Shown here: positions 1-10,665 of the stretch, piece after piece | Layout of the letters: each line of letters opens with the position of its first letter | How positions within the stretch are numbered: the first letter of the stretch is position 1 | Origin: Vicugna vicugna | Taxonomy: Eukaryota | Reading direction: 5' to 3' | Assembly (NCBI GenBank): GCA_013265495.1 | Contig: MU058221.1 | Span: forward strand, 434,001 to 498,000 | DNA: 64,000 bases | Notes under the pieces: model-generated | The model's input: only the letters and a program-made list of their open reading frames with translations | Told to the model about the DNA's origin: nothing | Database searches by the model: none | Position numbers and translations under genes: made by a program

Positions 1-423
1 TGTTTCCTAGTTGACAGGTGACGCGGATTCATTTGCTTTAGAGTAAGGCCAAACTGTCTTCTTGTCTCCAGGTTTTCACCTATTTTGCTTACAGCTGATG
101 ATTCTTTCTTGAAGCCACGAGGACCAAAGGCAGCCTCCTCCGGTGGGTCGTCTGAGCGACCTAGGACAGCTCTGATGGGAAGATGTGGGCATTCGCTCTC
201 TCTTGCTTGTTCCTTCTCCTGCGCGTCCTGCATCTTGTCAGAAGATCTCTCCTGGCATCACAGACTCTGGCTTGCTTTCAGCAGCACCAAAGCAGTTATT
301 CCAGACACAATGAAGGGAACACCATGAAGCTGAGGACTGTTCACTAGACACCTACTCGGTGGCTAGGAGTTAAAGTCAAATTGACGATGATTTCATTTCC
401 TTTGGCTACCAGTCCAGAAGCAG

Positions 424-916
424 AATTGAATCATACAGTAGTTCTATTTTTATTTCTTTTGAGGCCCCTCCATACTGTTTTCCGAAGGAGCATCAGTTTA
501 AGATCCTACCAACACTGTGCAAGGATAAGCCGTGCTGGTTTCTCTCTTGTCTTTTTGATGGTAGACACTCTGGCAGGTGTGAGGTGATAGGTCACTGAGG
601 TTTTGGTCTGCGTTTCCCTGTGGTTAGTGATGCTGAGCGCCTCTTCATGTACCTGCTGGCAATTTGAATACCTTCTCTGGGAAGGTGTCTGTTAACATCT
701 TTGGCCGTTTTATATCGAGCCATTTGTTTTTGTCTGTGTTTTTTGTATGCTTTTGTTTGCTTGCTTGCTTGCTTTTGCTGCTGAGCTGTGTGAGTTCCTT
801 ACGTATTTTGGAGGCTGACCTCTTACCAGATATGTGGTTTGCAAATATTGCACTCTGTAGGTTTCCTTTTACTTTGTTGACCATTTATTTTGCTTTACAG
901 AAGCTTTTAATTTTGA
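424..916 (-). mobile_element. Old LINE-1 (L1MA-like) fragment, 3' part of ORF2, antisense
   Basis: Antisense L1 ORF2-end motifs: ctccatactgttttcc, caggtgtgaggtgata, gttagtgatgctgagc, tatgtggtttgcaaatatt, cagaagcttttaattttga. Confidence 0.85.
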
Positions 917-1147
917 GATTTGCAGATACTAACTAATACATATGAGGCAGATAAACAACAAGTTCCTACTGTACAGCACAGGGAACCGTATTCAGTACCT
1001 TGTAGTAACTTATGGTGAAAAACAATGTGAACATGAACACATGTGTGTGCATGTGTGACTGAAGCATTATGCTGTACACCAGGAATCAATGCAACATTGT
1101 AAACTGACTATACTGCAATAATATATACATACATATATATACAAAAA
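911..1147 (+). mobile_element. Young artiodactyl/camelid-type L1 3' UTR tail, 5'-truncated
   Basis: gagatttgcagatactaac...cagcacagggaaccgtattcagtaccttgtag...gactgaagcatt...aactgactatactgcaataa aligns by eye to 27508-27720; it ends in an AT-rich remnant tail. Confidence 0.9.
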
Positions 1148-1154
1148 TTTTTCT

Positions 1155-1356
1155 ATTGTGTATTTGAAAGCTGTTAAGAGAGTAGATCTTTAAAGTTCTT
1201 ACCACAGGAAAAAACTTACAATCATGTGTAGTGATGGGTGCTGACTATTGGATGGCTAATTATTTCATAGTATATACATATACCAAAGCGTTATGTTGCA
1301 CACTTTAAACTTATACAGTGTTGCATGTCAATTACATCTCAGTGAAACTGGAAAAC
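1155..1356 (+). mobile_element. Old L1MA-type 3' end
   Basis: tatttgaaagctgttaagagagtagatctttaaagttctt...atgtcaattacatctcagtgaaactggaaaa; homologous to 52250-52445 in this window. Confidence 0.85.
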
Positions 1357-1544
1357 AGTAAAGCCTAAACGAACGACAGGGCAACTGCTGGCCTTCTTTG
1401 GCAGTCATCGCGTTGGTGTTTACTCTGCCAGCGTAGAGTCGTGCAGGACCTTCCTGGGTTGCCTCTGGTTTTGGCTCTGAGCAAAGACAGACACGTGTAA
1501 GGGGCCAGCACCCCCTCAATGGGTTAGTTGCTCTGGGCTCCCTG

Positions 1545-1725
1545 CTGTCTGGGCTCAGAGCCCAGCTTCACACCTTTCTGGACACACGACCTTGAAGGAG
1601 CCTCCGTTTCTTCCTTTCCAAAACGAGGACAGTGGAAGCTGCTTCACAGAGGGCTGCGAAGTTTAAATAAGAAGGTACGTGTAAAGCCTGACAAAAACTA
1701 GCCCCCAGTAAGCATTAGTTATTAA
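1545..1725 (+). mobile_element. MIR SINE (degenerate)
   Basis: MIR-core-like gagcctccgtttcttcctttccaaaacgagg...cttcacagagggctgcgaagtttaaataaga...gtaaagc. Confidence 0.6.
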
Positions 1726-3789
1726 TAAAGCAACTCCCATTGCAATGCCTCATGAGCACAATTAGATCTTTTGAATTTGGGGAAAATATATGGGACTGTT
1801 GATTAACTGGATAACCTCCCTGGGGAAATCTAACATACAAGATGCCGGTATCTTCTTGTTGGTTTAAATTGACTCTTTGAGATCATTTGATATAACTCTG
1901 CAGTTTCTGCCATAGGTAAGTCTCATCATGTACTTAACGTGCTCCTCTATCTGGAAACCTGACTGGGGCAGTAACGCTTTCCGACTGGACCCCAGGGAGG
2001 GTCAGGGAGTCAGTAAGAGCTGAGCTGACGCAAGGGCAGGACATGTTCCTGGAGCACACTCTAAATATGAAACACACACTCCACCGTTCTTTTCTCAACT
2101 ATTTGACAAACCAGCGTGATGTCACATGACCAGGAGCTTTCCAGGGGTACAATTTGTTGCTGTTCCCCTGATGGCCTCAGAGGACCCAGAGTCGATACTC
2201 CCTTGCGTCTCCCCAGTTCCCTGATACGACTCAGGGCCGCCTCTTCTCAAGTCAAAACTGGACTCAGAGGACGACAGAGCCACAACCAACCCACGCTGAG
2301 GCGATCGGGGACACAGCTTGCCGGAACTCCGCTGCAGCGAAGGCGCGTGGGATGCGCTTCACGGGCGCCTTCTTCACCTCGACTGTGACCGTCCCAGCAG
2401 TTCTGGGAGTCGGAGTTAAGAGGCGTTATACATTCGATGAAACGAGCCCCCTTGCCCAAGGCTGTCATGCTGTTTGGTCGGTCTGAAAATCAAGAGAAGG
2501 CCTTTTGATGACAAGATTGGAATATTAGATTCACAGCTGATTATTAAATGATTTACCAACGAATTTAGAAAAGAAGTAAGTGAGAATGTCATGTGGATGC
2601 CAAACACCATGAGGAAGAGGAAAGTCTCAGGACGTCCACTTTGGCATAAATATTCACGGAGCAGCCGATCCCCCTGCCAGACATAGAGGGAAACACAGTG
2701 GGGCACAGCGGGTGCTTCTGAATTGTATGTAAAACTTCCTTAAGCTGTGAGGACCAGCGAAAGACACAAATCCAATGCCTCTTGTGTGTCACATGGAGAA
2801 ATGTCATAATACAAATGGGTGGCAGCATCAGCGCTGTGGGGCTGCACCGTTGCAGATACACAGTGCGCACCAGAAAGGCCTTCAGTGTTCAGGGTTCTGT
2901 CCATTTATTGCACCAACAATGTCTATCTTAGGAAATCAAGTCAAAACATTATAATAAGCTAGTTTCCAACATGAAATAGACTTTCAAACCCCAGAGAATT
3001 CGCGGGGAAAAGCGAAAAATCAAAACCAAACAGAAAAATTCTTAACTAGCTTAGCCTATCACCCACTCATGTTTCTGTATCAGATCTGGGTCATAAATTT
3101 CATTACATTCCAATTTTCTCTATTACAGTGTTCTGTTTCAGAAAGAAAGCCAGCTCTTATTTATCTGGGCACACAAACTTGGAGGCAGGGAGAATACGGA
3201 AAATACAAATGTCCGTATTTAATAACATGAGGCTTTTCTAGTCATGAGAAACTTGCAGAGTAAGAAAAGAGGATCAGATCCGTGGTCTTTGGCACAACGC
3301 TCCACCTACATGTAGCATTAGTGTGTCCCAGTGTGTTAAAAATGTGTATCAAATAATCTCAGAAATGAACAGGTAACCATAATAACAGCACCCTCTCTCT
3401 GTACAGGAAGAAATCACAGATTCACTTCACACATTAAATTAAATACTAACCCCAGTGACCAGGAATACATAGAAATTGGGCCAGGTGGTTATAGAACACT
3501 AACATTCAACTGCAGGAAATACGTGTGTACTCTGTGCAGAAGTCTCTGCTAGGAGCCACGGAGGACGCAGAGGTAGAAGCACACATATCCATCCCTTAAG
3601 AACTTGGAGTACACCGGGAAGGTGTGCGCGTGTGCGCGTGCACGTCGTGTGTGGTGGTCAGTCACGTACGCGTGGCACAGGGTGAGCTGTGCTAATCCCT
3701 AGCGGCTATCAAAGGATATACTATTCCAGGCAAAAAAACCAAAAAACCCAAAAACTCCCCCCAAAACCTGCCTTATGAGTAGCAGTGCT

Positions 3790-4170
3790 GCTGCAGCGAA
3801 TGGTCAGCCCTCTGCGGAATTCCTGAAGGACCCTCTAAGAGAGCTCCAGAATTCTCTTTTCATGCAGCTTTCCCGTAAGTGCCAGTAACTACAGACTCTC
3901 AGCTCTGCTCCTCAACTCGGGGCCGGCGGGGCTCTGCCTGGGTCCCCCTCCCTGCCCTGTGCCCTGGAAGCTCATTCAAGGCAGAGTCAGTCCGCCGGAG
4001 CAATCACAGGGCCCGCCTGGCTTACTTCCACCTCGCAGAGGTCACTGTCCTGCGTTGCTTGACACCTTTGTCTTGGGAACCATTGCTTTCTGTCCTTTGT
4101 CTGGATTTTTGTTTGTTTTGAGTGGGAGGGTGAAACCCATCTCCATCTTGATGGAGAGTGGAAGTCATCC
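3790..4170 (-). mobile_element. Ancient L1M (L1MC/MD/ME-type) 5' end, antisense
   Basis: ctctgcctgggtccccctccctgccctgtgccctggaa...gcaatcacagggcccgcct...gggagggtgaaacc...ctccatcttg...ggaagtc resembles the recalled reverse complement of old L1M 5' UTR starts. Confidence 0.6.
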
Positions 4171-5559
4171 TTGATTCTTTATTTCTCTTAGAAGAAATTA
4201 CTCATTGGCCAGTGAAGACACTGAAGCTTTAGCAGTGTTAAGTAGCTTCCTACATTCCACACAGAACAGGGAATTTGTGTCACACTCAAGTTCTCAGCAG
4301 GCAGGGGGCAGAGCCCCTGTAATGGGGTGAATGGCTTACCCCAGGCATCCTTAATCTCAGGGAGTCGACTCTCCCCTTATCATGTTTCACATCTGTTCTC
4401 CTTCCCTCCCTTTCCCACTATCAGAGTGTTTAGACACAAACCCTGAGTTTTACCCTAGATGCCTGGTTTCCTTCTGGTAGTCTAAAATTTTGACCACAGT
4501 GATTTTGTTTCTGTATGCCACACTCCTGGCTTTCCATTTTTCATAGTTTCTTCTTTATTCTTGTATTTTTTCTGTCTTTATTTTTCTAAATTAACTAATG
4601 CCCATTCATTATTTTTTCACAGTATTTTCTGACTTCGTAATTAATATATGTATATTGCTTTCGAAAAAAAAAAGCAATATGTAAAAATTGAGAAAAGAGT
4701 CGCCGACAATGCAGTCACCCAGGAACAGACTCCATCCCCACGTGGGGGCTGTTCTGTCCTTTACCTCTTGCTGCAGACGTACACTGTATCCTGTTTCAAA
4801 ATGTGCAGAATGGCTGTTGACATTATTTTGGCACACTTCTTCATTGTCCTGAAAAGTAAAAACCAGTATTTTGAAGGTCACTGCCTAATTCCAAGAACTG
4901 GTACCGAGGGATTCTGGAATACGCCGTTACGCGCATCAGTGACGTGGATGCGCGCGGCCAGGGAGTTTTCTGGAAACTCAAGAGTGCTGTGGATTGCAGC
5001 GGGTTTTTGGGGATTTTTTTTTTTTATGTTCAACTCAGAAAATTGATAGTAATCTTCTTATTTTAAAGAATGTTTCCTTCCATTTTGTTCTCATTTTAGC
5101 AGAGACCGTAAAGAATTCAAATTACAGAACATCTCTGTCATCCACGCCAGCTGTGTTTTGTGTTTATCAAATGTTTCAAGTGATTTTCAAACAGCTGGGC
5201 TTTCTCAGCCACGTTTTACCCCAATTATCTTTCTCCATGATCTCAAAGCTGTTTGAAATGATCTTCCTTCCAATTCAATACACATGTTTATAGTGAAAAA
5301 AAATTGGAAAATAATGAAGAAAGTGATGGAAAAAATCAGTCCCCTATAATTGCACTAACCGGTGATAAATAATGTTAACTTTTTTATCACTAGTAATTTT
5401 TCTATACACACAGGTACAACCTTAACGTACATAATGTTTTGTACCATTTATACCAAATACCGTAGCTTTAATAGGTTCCGATTTTGTTAAGCATTCTTCT
5501 AATGTATGAACTTAAACATTTGCGATCTATTGCTGTAGCCTCATAACCACCTTCCTTTC

Positions 5560-6375
5560 CCCAGGTCTCCCCCTGTCAGTTATGCTGGTTTGATACCTCA
5601 GTTTCTAGATCTGAACCCTGAACTCTTCTACGATTTTTCTCTTTCACAACCCACATCCAACCGCCAGCAAATCCTGGCAACTTTACCTTAAAAAAAATCT
5701 AAAATCTACAAATTACCCATCCCCCACTGTCAACTCTTTAGCTCGACAACCATTTTTTCTTTTCTTTTCTCGTCGACAACAGAAGGCTCCCTTCCTCTGC
5801 TTTGCCACTCTGACCATCGGTGACATGTGTCAGACCATGCCCGGCTCTGCTCTGCTCAGAACCCACCCGTGCCCCTCGCCACACTGGCAATAACACCCAC
5901 AGCACGTGCCTGGGCTCCAGGGACCTGGATGACTGGCTGCGGCTGCCTCGTTGCTTGGCCTTCACCCTCACCCCCGTCTCACTCGGCTCCAGCCGCACAG
6001 CTGCGTCTTGGCGTCTTTGAACACGCCGTCCTCGCTTTGACAGTTCTTTGCACCTTTTTTCTGCCTGGCTTTTCCCAGACCCTCCTGGCTCCTCCCTTAA
6101 CTCACACAGCTCCTGTGCAAGTGTCACCAGCTCAGATATGAACCTGCACAGAGTGTCACCACCTGTGATCGCTGCTCTGCATTCTGCTTTACGTCCCCAC
6201 ACGGCAGTTATCAGCAGCTGGTGTGTTATGCATTTATACACTTGTACTTGCTTCCTCTACCCTTCACTACAACGCAAGCTGAACGAAGAGGGAGACCTGT
6301 CAGCTTCCGCTCATCGCTACGCACCCACCGCCTTCAAGGGGACTGACACACAGGAGTCACTCACAGATCAATTAA
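5560..6375 (+). mobile_element. L2 LINE 3' region
   Basis: acccacatccaa...aaatcctgg...ctttaccttaaaa at the start, pyrimidine-rich body, and an L2 3' end-like cactacaacgcaagctgaacgaagagggagacctgtc...gacacacaggag. It explains the spurious 167, 129 and 104 aa ORFs here. Confidence 0.7.
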
Positions 6376-8379
6376 GCCACTTCCCTTTAATGGCACCACT
6401 TTTATTTTCTCTTATAAACAACAATTCTCATCCTTAATTATAAGACCATGTTCAGCTCTTCACCTTTAACTCAAGAGTAAACCCTAAGATGGAAATTACA
6501 GTGTTTAAAAGAGGTTAACATTTTGCCAAATGACCCTTAATAACGGGTTTTCCTAATTTATGCTCCCACAAGTAGGGCATGAGAATTCCTACTTTCTTAT
6601 TATCTATGGACACTGTGTTTTTTATATTTTCCATTTACTGCTTTTTTTTATATTTTCCATTTACTTGTGAGGTAAGGCGCTGTGTCACACTTCAGGTATT
6701 CCTCATAAAACTGCTTTGAGATCGCTTACGTAAACAGCCTGCTACACAGACAGCTATCAATACAGGTTAGTGATTAAAAAAAAATCCTAACTGTGTTGGT
6801 TTCCTAAAAAGTCTTAAAATCTAAAGATACTGTGTTACAAATATTAAAGGCTGGGTTTCAGCCTGTTGCAACAACTTGCTTCCTGAGTTCTTCATTTTTT
6901 CCCCCTAAAATATTAAGTCCTTGCTTCCGTAGGATTTTTGGCCTCTTACTGGAAACGGCCTCGAGATCAGGAAGTAAGTGTTGCTGATTCGGCGTGAATG
7001 TGTTTCCTTAAGGAACTAGCATCGAGGAGGTTTAGTTCTTGTTGTTACTCAATGCCACAGATTCCGTTTTTACATTTGCCAACACTTTGGGTTGTTCTGA
7101 GACGTGCTGCTCTGTTTCAGTTGTGCGGTGACACTGTAATCATGGTTTAAAAGTATTAGCAGCCAGGCCCATTGAAAACAGAGCCGTAGATGCTTGGAGG
7201 GGACTCATTTGAGAGAGAGCAAGAAACGGAAAGTCGATCCTCTTACTTGGACAAAGTCCTCCGACCGCGTCCCTCCAGCCTTAGCCCCGTCCTTTTCCAA
7301 GTGTGCCAGACCTCGCCTTTGAAATTCCCACACTTAGAGGTACTTTTTTCTGCTATGGCTTTGATCCAGAAGAGCGCTATCAACAAGCTTGAATACAGCG
7401 TTCCTGGTACCTTGAGGGCACCCCCAAATTTTCTTGACTACTCACGAGTCTATGTTGCAAAAGAGAACTGAACATTAGCGCATCGTAATTCCTTACCCCT
7501 GCCTGCTTTCTACAGTTGCACCGTTGTCATAAAGTGGCTTGCAGGGACCTGAAGGCCTGAAGACAGGTGAACAGACACTTTCGAAGAGTGAAAGACAAAA
7601 CGAGGCTGAAACAACACAGGCACCCAAGAGGCAGCAGGTGGCTACTGACGGGAGGCAGCAGGCCCCTGCAGGCCAAGCCAGCGGCCCCACCGTCAACTCT
7701 CCTGCGTGGTGAGTTTTCCTAAAACGTCCCATCTGAAGAGAAAACCCATTTCTTCACGATTTCATCGCAGTTAGGGTTGTCTGGCTTTGTCTCCAAAACG
7801 TCCGTATCTAGTAGGTGAGTGTGTTTATGCAAGCGCCAACAGAAGAGAACTGAACAGCAGCGGGACTGACTTCAGGTGTGTCTGGACTTGTCCCCCTCAC
7901 CCTTACGAGTGCCTCGTGCTCGCTCTTGCAATTAATTGTTGAGCAAACGCATCAGATTTTCATTTTACTTTTCCTAAACACCAAGGAGGCAGGTCATTAG
8001 AGTCCAGGCTCTCACTGGTTGAAAGAAAGCCTTCGTTTGACTGGGAAGGTGGAAAGTACACGGATGCAGAATGGAAACACACACACTTACACGCACACAC
8101 CCACCCACACACACACACACGCAGACTGTATGCCTTTCTTCCTTGATCTCATTCATTGTTCTTTTTTGTATAATAAGTTTACACCTTTACTTTTCTTACG
8201 TTAACCTCCCATTTCCCTTCCTCCCATTATACTAAACGTATTTCATAAGAATTGTATTTCAGACTGAACTTTTCTTCCCCTGTAGCAATAAAACATTAAG
8301 ACAACTTATATGCCTTTTGATAAGTGGAGTTATTTGAACTTCATAAAGCACTAAGAAAAGAACTCCCGGGGCAGCTGAA

Positions 8380-9300
8380 CGCTAAGCGCAGCCGGTGGGA
8401 TCCCCGAGGTCTGGAAGGAGGAGTGCCTCGTACGGCTAATCCAAGTTTCAGAGCTAGTGTTCCTGCTTGGCACTTAAACACACACGAACTTCTTTGACGT
8501 TTCATTGTATCACGCACACGCTGGGCACTATAGAAACGGCCGACAGGATGCAACTTCGCCGGCGTTCTCCTGGCTGCTCACCAGCGGCGCGCTCTGCGGC
8601 AGAGGCCGTGCGCAGCCAGCCCGGCCCGCAGTGCGCCCCGCAGCCTGGCCAGGGCGCTGCGGAGGCCTGAGAGGGCGGCTTCAGCTGGCTGGGGACACCC
8701 GTCAGGGTTGGGATGAGATCCAACAGACCCCACACAAGCTTGACAAGGGCCGTGTCGCCAAGACACACGACTCAGAGTCATCATGGGCTTTCGATCGCAG
8801 GTGTGTGGCCTCCAGGCCCCTGTGTTTTCCCATGAAGGAGGCCCTTACAGGAAGCAGCTGTTCTGCAATGAGGCAGCTTTTCTGCGCCTCGGCGCGAGGC
8901 GGGATGGGCGTTTAAGCTGAAGCGGTGCCTCGGCTGCATTTCCGCATTGAAACAGGCTTTTTCCAAGGTCAGAGTTAGAGAAGGGTTGCATACGTTTTTG
9001 CTAAAAACAACCAACCAGCCAACCAACTCGGATCCACTTAAGGAGGCGCATGTACACACATTTCATCTGGAGGGTCAGCTCTGCGGGGATTGTTTGCAGG
9101 AACTGCTTTCCTTGACTTAAGTCACGGGCGGCATAATCTTGCATCTGTCAGGCAGGGACCATCCTTCATCAGCCGTTTCGTCACACGTCCGTCATCAGCC
9201 CCGGGCTCGCCTGACTCGGCCCCCCGTCAGGGAAACGTGGAAGTCCCGACACAGGCGGGAAACACGCAGTCCTCAGACACAGAGTATGGAAACATTCACT
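8380..9300. promoter_or_regulatory. CpG-rich, GC-rich patch (CpG-island-like; candidate promoter or enhancer)
   Basis: Dense CpGs and GC runs (e.g. 8555-8680 ccagcggcgcgctctgcggcagaggccgtgcgcagccagcccggcccgcag) against AT-rich flanks; no repeat recognised. Confidence 0.45.
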
Positions 9301-9549
9301 GAGACCCTGTTCTTTGTAATTTCTCATTTTTTCTGTTTTTTTTGAGCATATAATTCATGCATTTTAGCTGTTAACTGCTCATTTACATGAGCAATGGAAG
9401 AAATAGTTTAAAGCAGCCAGAAATGCCTTAGCCGTCCGCGTTCGCTTCTGAATTTCAGGTTAGCGCTGGTTACAAGCTTCAGCTTCTACTTCGGCAGCGG
9501 TGGGATAGGGCAGGTGAGGGAGAGAGAGGCGGTGGTAACTTTTAAACAA

Positions 9550-10665
9550 ACCTTTTTAAAAATGGTTTTAGGTTTACAGAAAAAATCAGGAAAGTTTTTA
9601 ACAAAAAGGCAGTACAAGGGGCTCCTATATGCTGCACACTTCACCTCCCGCATCCCTAACATCCTATGTCGTAGAGCGTTGGTGTCACACTGTCGCGGCT
9701 AGCTGGGGCGCTGTTGTAAGTGCACACAGATTTCTTTCATTCTTGCCTGACGCCTACTTTCCTGTTTCGCATCCTGAACAACCTTTAATCTTCGCGTCTC
9801 TTTAGCCTCCTCTGGGCTGTAGCAGTGACTCTGACTTTCCTTGTTATTATATTTTTTTGTTGAGTTATAGTCAGTTTACAATGTTGTGTCAATTTCCAGC
9901 GCACAGCACAGTGCTTCAGTCATACATGAATATACACGTATTCATTTTCTTATTCTTTTTCACCATGCCCTACTGTAAGGTGTTGAATATGTTTCCCTGT
10001 GCTGTTCAGTATACACTTGTTTATCTGTTTTACACATATGAGTCAGCATCTGCAGATCTCGAACTCCCAGTTTGTCCCTTCCCACCCCGCTCCCCGCCGG
10101 CAACCACAAGTTTGCATTCTATGTCTACCCGTCAGCTTGTTTTATATATAATTTCATTTTCCTTTTTTCTTTCTTTTTTTTTTTATTCCACCATGAGTGA
10201 TGTCGTATGGATTTTTCTTTCTCTTTCCGCTACCTTCCTGTAGAATGACATTCTCCAGGGACATCCATGTTGCTGCAAGTGGCAATATTTTATCAGTTTT
10301 TATGGCTGTGACTTTCCTTATTTTTAATGACCTTGACAATTTCAGGGAGTACTGGTTAAGTACTTCATAACATACCGAACCTGGGATTTCTCTGATGTTT
10401 TTCTTATGATTAGACTGGAATTATGGGGTTTAGAAAAGTGCATTCATCAGATTTATCACGGGCACATACCGTCAGCATGACCCCACGAGCGATGTTAACC
10501 TTGAGCACGTTTCGGGTAGTGTTTGTCAGACTCATACACCGTAACGGTACTCATCACCCCCACCCCTTCGTCATACTGTTTTCTGTGGAGCCAGACTTAA
10601 GGAGCAGGGAGAGGCGTGACCTTCCTTTTGAGGAGAAGCATCTACATTAACTGCTTAGAATTCTG
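9550..10665 (-). mobile_element. Ancient L1MC-type 3' end, interrupted by a younger L1 at 9846-10308
   Basis: ttttaggtttacagaaaaa...tctctttagcctcctctgggctg...gactttcctt // tttaatgaccttgaca...gagtactgg...tgattagactgg...gatgttaaccttga; the host sequence is continuous across the insert. Confidence 0.8.
9846..10308 (-). mobile_element. Young camelid-type L1 3' end with TSD
   Basis: Antisense L1 3' UTR plus ORF2 end (atccatgttgctgcaagtggcaatatttt...tttatggctg). TSD tgactttccttgtt (9832-9845) / tgactttccttatt (10309-10322). Confidence 0.93.

Noticed and set aside
5362..5390. Near-palindrome with two inverted GATA sites (gtgataaa...gttaac...tttatcac)
   Set aside because: Short, AT-rich and apparently within an old L1ME-like fragment; compatible with chance or template switching.
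5738..6437. Overlapping 167, 129 and 104 aa ORFs
   Set aside because: They lie mostly within a GC-enriched L2 remnant, so they are chance ORFs.
6618..6665. 22-bp tandem duplication ttttttatattttccatttact (a similar event lies at about 55145-55188)
   Set aside because: Ordinary slippage duplication next to T-runs; only two copies, so not an array.
8445..8456. gtttcagagcta resembles the start of a Cas9 repeat/sgRNA scaffold
   Set aside because: A single 12-mer with no continuation, array or cas gene; a chance match in mammalian DNA.
8341..9059. Multiple ORFs on both strands in the CpG-rich patch
   Set aside because: Stop-codon scarcity in GC-rich DNA; low-complexity Ala/Arg/Pro/Gly peptides with no recognisable homology.
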